The translations under genes were made by a program, and so were the position numbers. This document shows positions 57,415 to 64,000 of a stretch of DNA of 64,000 nucleotides, piece after piece; the first letter of the stretch is position 1, and the number at the start of each line of letters is the position of its first letter. Source of the DNA: Acidimicrobiales bacterium (GTDB taxonomy: Bacteria; Actinomycetota; Acidimicrobiia; Acidimicrobiales; CATQHL01); NCBI GenBank assembly GCA_965206165.1, contig OZ242194.1:3513881-3577880 (forward strand), in the 5' to 3' direction. The notes under the pieces are model-generated. The model was not told where the DNA came from. It saw only the letters and a list, made by a program, of their open reading frames with translations, and did not search any database.

Positions 57415-59387
57415 TGGTCTTCGTCGGAGGCGCCTACGTCGGCGCCCAGTCGCCCTCGTCGTCCCAGGCAAATGCGGCGTCCGGCTTGCCCTTCTCCGGT
57501 ATCCCCGACGAGATGATCGACCGGGCGGCCGACATCCTCGATTCCGAACCCGACCACCCCGAACCCGAAGTGGACTTCGGGCACCGCCCACCGGCCGGAG
57601 CGCCGCCGTTGCGCCTACGCACGATGCTCGCTCGGCACCGGCGCCGGGTACTGCAGGTCGTGGCACTCGTCGTCGTGGAGGCCGTTGCCACCCAGGCCGG
57701 CCCCCTGCTCACCCAGATCGGCATCGACGAGGGCGTCTTGCGCGGCCGCTTCAGCGTGCTCGGCATCGTCGCCGCCGTGTTCTTCGCCGTCGTGGCGATC
57801 CACATCGGCGCCAGCCGCGCCCGCACGGCCCTGGGCGGGCGGCTGGGGGAACGGCTCATGTACGAGCTGCGGGTTCGCGTGTTCACCCATTTCCAGCGGA
57901 TGTCGCTGAACTTCTACACCTCCGAGCGTGCCGGCGTGCTGATGTCGCGTATGACCAGCGACATCGAGGCCCTCACGATGCTGCTGCAGGAGGGTCTGGT
58001 CATGATGGTGGTGCACGGATTGACCCTGGTGGTGATCACGGGCGCCCTGTTCTACCTGAACGTGCCCCTCGCCGCCTTGACCGTGGGCGTGATCGTCCCC
58101 ATCACCGTCGTGCTGTCGCTGTGGTTCCGCCGGACCACGGAGATGGGCTACAGCCGGGTGCGCGACCGGATCGCCGCAGTGCTGGCCGATCTGTCCGAGA
58201 GCCTCGCCGGCATCCGTACCATCACCGCCTACAGCCGCCGGCACCGCAACATCGACCAGCACGAGCGCGTGGTCACCGACCACGAGGACGCCAACGTCTA
58301 CACGACCAGGGTGTCTTCGATCTACGCGGCGGCCGCAGAGGGCATCGGCATCGTGGCACAGGCTGTCGTGATAGGCGTCGGAGGTTGGCTGGTGATCGAC
58401 GGCCGCCTCACTGTCGGCGAACTGACCGCCTTCGCCCTGTACCTGACGGCCTTCTTCGCCCCGATCGCACAGCTCGTGGTCCTCTACAACGCGTACCAGC
58501 AGGGCCAGTCGGCCACCGCCAAGTTGCGCGAGCTCCTCGAGCAAGCTCCCGACGTGCTGGAAGCACCCGACGCGGTGGCGCTCGGCCCCATCGAGGGCCG
58601 GATCACCTTCGAGGCGGTGTCGTTCTCCTACAGGCCCGGCGAGCCGGTGCTGACCGGAGTGGATCTGGACGTTCCCCCAGGCGGGAGTCTTTCGATCGTC
58701 GGACCGACCGGGGGCGGCAAATCCACGATCGCCAAACTGGCCGTTCGCTTCTACGACCCCGACACGGGCACGGTCCGCATCGACGGTATGGACCTGCGCA
58801 CCGTGCAACTGGAAACGCTGCGGCACCAGTTCGGGGTGGTGCCCCAGGAGCCGTTCCTGTTCAACAGGACGATCGGGGACAACATCCGCTTCGCCCGTCC
58901 CGACGCCACGGACGCCGAGGTGGCGGAGGCCTGCCGGGTGGTCGGCCTGGACTCGCTGATCGACTCGCTCCCCGACGGGTTGGACACGCCGTGCCACGAG
59001 CGGGGAACGTCACTGTCGGCCGGCGAGCGCCAGCTGCTCGCGCTGGCACGGGCGTTCCTGGCGCGGCCCCGAGTCCTCATCCTCGACGAGGCCACGTCGA
59101 ACCTGGATCTTCGGTCCGAGGCGCAGGTCGAACGAGCGCTGGACGCCGTCCTGGAGGGGCGCACCGCCGTCATCGTGGCGCATCGTCTCGCCACGGCGAT
59201 GCGCGCCGACAGGATCGCCGTGGTGGACAATGGTCAGATCGCGGAGATCGGAAGCCACGACGAACTGGTGGCCGCGGGTGGGCTCTACGCTGCCATGTAC
59301 GCCGCGTGGGACGCACACGCCTCGGGCAACGCCAATCCACAGAACGCTCGCTCCGCCGGCGCCGAGCGAGCGAGTCCGGAACAATGA
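57414..59387 (+). CDS. ABC exporter half-transporter (TMD-NBD fusion), partner of the preceding gene
   Basis: ORF track 657 aa. Walker A GPTGGGKST, signature LSAGERQL, Walker B LILDEATSNLD. 1-nt overlap with the upstream stop. Confidence 0.9.
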   Translation: MVFVGGAYVGAQSPSSSQANAASGLPFSGIPDEMIDRAADILDSEPDHPEPEVDFGHRPPAGAPPLRLRTMLARHRRRVLQVVALVVVEAVATQAGPLLTQIGIDEGVLRGRFSVLGIVAAVFFAVVAIHIGASRARTALGGRLGERLMYELRVRVFTHFQRMSLNFYTSERAGVLMSRMTSDIEALTMLLQEGLVMMVVHGLTLVVITGALFYLNVPLAALTVGVIVPITVVLSLWFRRTTEMGYSRVRDRIAAVLADLSESLAGIRTITAYSRRHRNIDQHERVVTDHEDANVYTTRVSSIYAAAAEGIGIVAQAVVIGVGGWLVIDGRLTVGELTAFALYLTAFFAPIAQLVVLYNAYQQGQSATAKLRELLEQAPDVLEAPDAVALGPIEGRITFEAVSFSYRPGEPVLTGVDLDVPPGGSLSIVGPTGGGKSTIAKLAVRFYDPDTGTVRIDGMDLRTVQLETLRHQFGVVPQEPFLFNRTIGDNIRFARPDATDAEVAEACRVVGLDSLIDSLPDGLDTPCHERGTSLSAGERQLLALARAFLARPRVLILDEATSNLDLRSEAQVERALDAVLEGRTAVIVAHRLATAMRADRIAVVDNGQIAEIGSHDELVAAGGLYAAMYAAWDAHASGNANPQNARSAGAERASPEQ

Positions 59388-60181
59388 TCTCCGAGGCGAC
59401 AGCGGCCCTGCGGCTGATCGGCGTCGGCGTGGTGCGCGACCGCCGCCCCCTGCTCGCCGATGTGAACTGGACAGTCTCCCCGGGTGAACGGTGGGTCGTG
59501 CTGGGCCCCAACGGGGCCGGCAAGTCGACGCTGCTGCGGGTGGCGGCTCTGTACCTTCACCCGACCGAAGGCACGGTGGAGGTCCTCGGCCGGCGCCTGG
59601 GACGCGTCGACGTGCGCCGTATGCGCCACCAGGTGGGCTACGCCTCGGCCATGCTGTCCGACCGGATTCGGCCCACCATCAGCGCCCTCGACGCGGTCAT
59701 GACCGCCCGCCACGGCGCCCTCGAGCCGTGGTGGCACAGCTACGACGACGCCGACCGCCGCCGGGCCGCCGACCTGCTGGAGTTGATGGGATGCGGCCAC
59801 CTCGGCAAGCAGCAGTTCGGCCTGCTCTCCTCCGGCGAGCGCCAGCGCGTGCAGATCGCCCGGACCCTCATGACCGATCCCGGCCTCGTACTGCTGGACG
59901 AACCCACCGCCGCGTTGGACCTCGCCGGCCGGGAGGAGCTGGTTCGCACCCTGGACGCCCTCAGCGCCGACCCCTCCACCCCGCCGACCGTGCTGGTGAC
60001 CCACCACGTCGAGGAGATCCCCACGGGTTTCGACCACGTGCTGATGTTGCGCGAGGGCCGGGTGATCGCCGCCGGCCCGATCGGGGAGGTGCTAACCGCC
60101 GAGCACCTCAGCGCATGCTTCGCCATGGCACTGGAACTCGAGCATCACCGCAACCGCTGGTGGGCCCACGCCGCGGACTGA
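59384..60181 (+). CDS. stand-alone ABC ATP-binding protein
   Basis: Last 266 codons of ORF 57371..60181, starting at ATG 59384 (ATGA overlap). GPNGAGKSTLL, LSSGERQRVQIA, LLDEPTAALD. Confidence 0.88.
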   Translation: MISEATAALRLIGVGVVRDRRPLLADVNWTVSPGERWVVLGPNGAGKSTLLRVAALYLHPTEGTVEVLGRRLGRVDVRRMRHQVGYASAMLSDRIRPTISALDAVMTARHGALEPWWHSYDDADRRRAADLLELMGCGHLGKQQFGLLSSGERQRVQIARTLMTDPGLVLLDEPTAALDLAGREELVRTLDALSADPSTPPTVLVTHHVEEIPTGFDHVLMLREGRVIAAGPIGEVLTAEHLSACFAMALELEHHRNRWWAHAAD

Positions 60182-60239
60182 GTGCGGGCAGAGTGGATCC
60201 CGTCGTCCGGCGGATCCCGGCACCCGATCGGACCGGCGT

Positions 60240-61445
60240 TCAGGATCCGCGCAGGAGCTTCGACACCTTGTAGCCGTATCGAGACGCCGTCGAGAACGCC
60301 CACGACGGACCGAAGAGCCGGCGGCGAGCCGGCAGGAACTCCTCGGAATCCAGGTCTTCGAGGGCTGCGAGCGTGCGATTCAGGCCGAGGGAGAGGAGTC
60401 GGACACTCCGTTCGTTCGAGATGTCGAGACCGCCGATGCTCACGACGAGAACGAGCAGGCGGACCAACATGTTCTGACGGTAGAGCCTCCAGCAGTCCTC
60501 AGTGCTGAAGTCCTCGGCACCCGCCCGGCACACGATCTCGTGATACTCGGCCACCGCCTCCCGCTCGATGCTGCGGCGCAGGTCGATCGGCAGGCTGCCG
60601 CCCAGGAAGTAGGCCACGTCACCGAGAGGGTTGTTGCCCCCGCAGACCTGCCAGTCGATGACGGCCAGGTCGTCGGGGCCGGGGCCGAAGAACATGTTGT
60701 CCAGCCGGAAGTCGCCGTGGCCGAAGCTCCGGGGACCGACCGCCAGATCGCCGAAATAGTCCGCCGTCCTCCAGCCGAGGGTCTCGGTGACCCGGCGCAT
60801 GTCGCTGGAGAAATGGTCACCGAACACCTCAAACGTGCGCCGCAGCGATGCGAGATAGATGAGCTGCACCGGCGGCCGCCACTTCGGATCGAGCGAGTCG
60901 AAGATGTCGATGTACGGCGACTCGTGAGTCCTATTCCAGGAGGAGGCGTGAAACCTGGCGATCGCCCGGACGGCGCATCTCGCCTGGTCCGCGTCGGCGC
61001 CGTCGATCTCGTCGGCTTGCTGCATACCGCCGAGGTCCTCGAGCACGAGGACGAGCCTGTTGCTCCGACGTTCGTAGTCGCCGTAGTAGAGGCTCGGCGA
61101 CCGGATCGGGGCGCGATGCGAGAGGAGGCGGTAGAAGGCGCACTCACGCCTGTACAACCGGACCCGCCTGGCGAGCTTGTCGGTGCTCGGGTGGGAGGAG
61201 TGCATCTTGACGAAAACGGTTTCCGGCAACCCGGGGGCGTCATCGGCATAACTCAGGTGACACCGCACCGATTCCCCGACGTGGCCGATGCCCGCACCGA
61301 CCTCCTCCACACCGATGTCCTCGATCACCGGTACGTCGGCCATTCCCCCCTCCGCGAGAGCCTGCTGCATCCAGCCGGCCGTTATCTGCTCGACACCGTC
61401 GGGTATGACCGGTCCGGACGCCACGCCGCTCCCCTCTCCCCTCAA
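60240..61445 (-). CDS. phosphotransferase-family (APH/EcKL-like) kinase
   Basis: ORF track 401 aa. Catalytic loop FGHGDFRLDNMFF and AVIDWQ. TTG start with TTGA overlap onto the upstream stop. Confidence 0.8.
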   Translation of the reverse strand: MRGEGSGVASGPVIPDGVEQITAGWMQQALAEGGMADVPVIEDIGVEEVGAGIGHVGESVRCHLSYADDAPGLPETVFVKMHSSHPSTDKLARRVRLYRRECAFYRLLSHRAPIRSPSLYYGDYERRSNRLVLVLEDLGGMQQADEIDGADADQARCAVRAIARFHASSWNRTHESPYIDIFDSLDPKWRPPVQLIYLASLRRTFEVFGDHFSSDMRRVTETLGWRTADYFGDLAVGPRSFGHGDFRLDNMFFGPGPDDLAVIDWQVCGGNNPLGDVAYFLGGSLPIDLRRSIEREAVAEYHEIVCRAGAEDFSTEDCWRLYRQNMLVRLLVLVVSIGGLDISNERSVRLLSLGLNRTLAALEDLDSEEFLPARRRLFGPSWAFSTASRYGYKVSKLLRGS

Positions 61446-62104
61446 GCCCCGTCGTCCAGCCGCAGGTCGGCCTCAACGTCGAGGCGGATGTCCACCTCGC
61501 GGCCCACCAGCAGCACCTCGGGCATGCCAGGTGCGTGCACGTCCAGGAATGCTGCCACGCCGAAATCATCGCGCCGCAGACTGCCTGTGGCTTCGAAGGA
61601 CATCTTCGCCAGCGGCATGGACGGGTGGCGCACAGCACCCAGGAAGCGCACGGCCAGCAGCAAAGGGAGCGTCACGTCGCGGACCGTGAGCGCGCCCGGC
61701 AGGTCCCAATTGTCGTAACCCGCAGCGTGAACAGCGTCACTGACGAATGTCAGGGCCGGATAGCGCTCGACGTCGAGGAACTTCGGACCGCGAAGATGCT
61801 CGTCCGCCTTGGGATGTGCTGTATCGATGCTCGCTGCGGCGATCCTTACCTCCGTCCGCGAAGCCGCCGGATCCTCCGCGATGGTGATCGTGCCCGATAC
61901 TTCGCGGAAGCGGCCGCGCATGGCCGTCAGCAGGTGTCGAGCGGCGAAAGCAACCGAGGTGTGCAGCCCATCGATCACCCATTCTCCAACAGCGGGCACG
62001 GTACGCCCATCGACGATCCGCGTGTAGCCGGCGTCCATGCGGGCGATGCTAGTGAGCGGAGCGCGCCCGCTGCCGAGGCGCACCGATCCAGCCACCCGCA
62101 CCAT
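61442..62104 (-). CDS. YceI-family protein
   Basis: ORF 61442..62272, start probably ATG 62104 (GGAGTGAG upstream). WVIDGLHTSVAFAARH...HLRGPKFLDVERYPALTF...LTVRDVTLPL. Confidence 0.78.
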   Translation of the reverse strand: MVRVAGSVRLGSGRAPLTSIARMDAGYTRIVDGRTVPAVGEWVIDGLHTSVAFAARHLLTAMRGRFREVSGTITIAEDPAASRTEVRIAAASIDTAHPKADEHLRGPKFLDVERYPALTFVSDAVHAAGYDNWDLPGALTVRDVTLPLLLAVRFLGAVRHPSMPLAKMSFEATGSLRRDDFGVAAFLDVHAPGMPEVLLVGREVDIRLDVEADLRLDDGA

Positions 62105-62183
62105 TGGGGGCTCACTCCGGCCGCACCGCCGCCTCGCGGCAACTCTCCGATCAAGAGCGTGGCCCGCATCGGGATGCACCGCC

Positions 62184-62229
62184 TTGACAGCAGAACACGC
62201 CCGGATAATACTGACTGAATGGACAGTCA
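62184..62229 (+). promoter_or_regulatory. promoter-like element plus perfect inverted repeat upstream of the LLM oxidoreductase gene
   Basis: Perfect TTGACA at 62184-62189. An A/T-rich -10 candidate lies within ggataatact (62203-62212), with AATACT at 17-nt spacing. The inverted repeat TGACTG-N6-CAGTCA at 62212-62229 overlaps the -10/start region. Confidence 0.4.
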
Positions 62230-62370
62230 ACCGCTTCGCAGATGGGATCCTCCCGGCCAAGCGCGCCGACATTCGTACCTCGCGCAGGTCGCCTGACTCG
62301 GACAGGCGATTCCCTCACTAAGAACGTCACCGGAACGAGGTGACTTACCCAGCACCACGAAGGACGGACG

Positions 62371-63561
62371 ATGCGATTCGGGTTCTTGACGGAAGGAGAC
62401 ACCAAGCCAGGTACGACGCACTACACGCGTTACCACGAACTTGTCGAGCAGGTCCTGCTTGCAGAGAAGGTTGGCTTCGACACGTTCGGCGCATCCGAAC
62501 AACATCTCGCCATCGGCGGTGCCACGACCTCGGCCCCCGAGGTGATCTACGCGTACCTCATGGCTCTTACAACCAGGATCCGTTTCGCCCACGCGATTGT
62601 CCTGATGCCAACCCGCTTCAACCACCCTCTCCGCGTTGCGGAGCGCCTCGCGACGATGGATATCCTCTCGCACGGCCGCGTCGAAGCCGCCATGGGCCGC
62701 GGCAACACCATGTTGGCACTACGAGCTTTCGAAGTCTCGCCTGAGGACAACAGAGCGCAATTGCTCGAGGGTGTCGACCTCCTTCGGACCTCATTTCTTG
62801 AAGATCCGTTCACCTTCGTCGGCAATTACTACAAGGTTCCACCTCGCAGCCTGGTACCGAAGCCCGTCCAGTATCCGCACCCGCCATTGGCACTCGCAGC
62901 GACCAGTCCTGCTTCACACATCTTGGCAGCGCAGAAGGGCATCGGTGTCGTGAGTTTTGCTAACTTCTCAGGCTGGAACGTCCTTCACAAGAATCTCGGC
63001 GTCTATGATCAAGTCTTTGACGAAACTGAGCACACGATGCCGACTCAGCGTAACAAGGTAGCTCTCGTGAGCGGATTGGTGTGCGCGGAGACGACACAAG
63101 AGGCTCGTGAGGAGTTCCTCCCGCTCCTTGATTACGTCAAGCTCGCGGTTGACGCTTATGACCGTCTCGCGACCCTCGGCGACGACTATTCGTATGTCAA
63201 AGAAATCAAGGAAAACGTCGATGCAAAAGTCATGGACGTCGACTACATGTTGAACGAGTCTGCGTCATTTGTTGTCGGATCCCCCAGCGACTGCATCGAG
63301 CAAGTTCGCCAGTTCGAGGAGTTGGGGATCAATGAGTTATGGCTACGGATCGACACCACTGATCACGATCAACTCATGCGGACGATCGAACGATTCGGCA
63401 AGCACGTTATTCCACACTTCAAGTCAAAGCACGCGATCGTACGGCCACCAGAGGAGGTAATATCGGACATCAGAGCGATGCGGGAATCACATTACCAGAG
63501 GATAGCCGAATTCGAAGAATCACTTCGAGATGGTGCACCTCTCGAAAATATCGAGAACTAA
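62371..63561 (+). CDS. LLM-class (luciferase-like) flavin/F420-dependent oxidoreductase
   Basis: ORF track 396 aa. MRFGFLTEGD...AEKVGFDTFGASEQHL...LSHGRVEAAMGRGN. AAGGA RBS. Many A/T-ending codons, unlike the rest of the window. Confidence 0.82.
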   Translation: MRFGFLTEGDTKPGTTHYTRYHELVEQVLLAEKVGFDTFGASEQHLAIGGATTSAPEVIYAYLMALTTRIRFAHAIVLMPTRFNHPLRVAERLATMDILSHGRVEAAMGRGNTMLALRAFEVSPEDNRAQLLEGVDLLRTSFLEDPFTFVGNYYKVPPRSLVPKPVQYPHPPLALAATSPASHILAAQKGIGVVSFANFSGWNVLHKNLGVYDQVFDETEHTMPTQRNKVALVSGLVCAETTQEAREEFLPLLDYVKLAVDAYDRLATLGDDYSYVKEIKENVDAKVMDVDYMLNESASFVVGSPSDCIEQVRQFEELGINELWLRIDTTDHDQLMRTIERFGKHVIPHFKSKHAIVRPPEEVISDIRAMRESHYQRIAEFEESLRDGAPLENIEN

Positions 63562-63598
63562 CCGACACCGAGCAATAGCCAGAACACTGGAGGCAACA

Positions 63599-64000
63599 AT
63601 GCCAGACGCGAGCGGTCCACGGGTCATCGAAGGCTACGAAGAATATGACGACGGCGATTGGATAATCGAGCGCCACGAGGGCGTACTGCACGTTACGCTC
63701 CACCGTCCACACGCCCTGAACGCGACAACGTATCGCAGCCATACGAAGCTAACAGCCTTGTGGCCAAAGGTACAGGCCGACCCACTGACCAGGGTGGTGC
63801 TCGTCACTGGATCAGGTAGGGCCTTCTGCTCAGGAGCCGACCTAAAGGAAGCACGCGAGCGGACTCTCTCCCATCGGGAGATGCTCGACCTCATGCGAGA
63901 GGGCGGCGCTATGGTCATGGGCATGGTCAACATTGACAAGCCAATAGTATCGGCAATCAACGGGCCCGCGGTGGGGTCAGGTGCGGCACTCGCCCTTCTC
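63599..64000 (+). CDS. enoyl-CoA hydratase/isomerase (crotonase) family protein, truncated by window end
   Basis: Own translation from ATG 63599 (GGAGG at 63589-63593): MPDASGPRVIEGYEEYDDGDWIIERHEGVLHVTLHRPHALNA...VVLVTGSGRAFCSGADLKE...INGPAVGSGAALALL. It is open to the window end, so it is not in the ORF track. Confidence 0.85.
   Translation, partial: MPDASGPRVIEGYEEYDDGDWIIERHEGVLHVTLHRPHALNATTYRSHTKLTALWPKVQADPLTRVVLVTGSGRAFCSGADLKEARERTLSHREMLDLMREGGAMVMGMVNIDKPIVSAINGPAVGSGAALALL

Noticed and set aside
57371-59383. 5' two-thirds of the 936-aa ORF 57371..60181
   Set aside because: Only the last 266 codons (from ATG 59384) give ABC-NBD motifs. The upstream part overlaps the well-supported second ABC exporter gene in another frame and reads as Arg/Pro/Gly noise.

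Overview
64-kb, very G+C-rich and tightly packed chromosomal segment. By eye, most 60-nt lines look about 65-75% G+C. Gene content and synteny are actinobacterial: rpsB-tsf-pyrH-frr, M23-xerC-dprA-comM, SIS-ahcY, manB/manC, cofD-cofE, ftsH. I call 62 protein-coding genes. I found no rRNA, tRNA, CRISPR array or transposase, and no recombinase other than xerC. Main observations follow. (i) Positions 27949 down to 9641 are one unbroken minus-strand run of 23 genes, with a largest gap of 88 nt and many ATGA/GTGA overlaps. Within it, a five-subunit toluene/alkene-type soluble diiron monooxygenase (alpha, gamma, effector, beta, Rieske ferredoxin; no reductase) runs straight into a biotin-dependent LamB/KipI/KipA (PxpABC-like) + biotin carboxylase + BCCP + NTF2-like set. 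That set runs straight into bioB, a small 4xCxxC protein, bioA, bioF and bioD. (ii) An accessory insert at 28.1-31.8 kb carries a MazF-type toxin-antitoxin pair and an ~820-aa lipoprotein. The lipoprotein is built from ~22 tandem 37-aa RCC1-like repeats, and some of the 111-bp DNA units are nearly identical. It is preceded by a 0.4-kb G-poor, partly AT-rich leader that resembles decayed repeat units. (iii) ftsH is separated from its N-terminal transmembrane segment by a +1 frame change at a T6 run. (iv) There are two envelope-glycosylation-like modules, each pairing a GT2 enzyme with a very large polytopic membrane protein. (v) The composition drops to lower G+C from about 62.1 kb to the window end. 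All functional calls rest on my own recognition of motifs in the supplied translations and on gene context. No database search or computation was possible.
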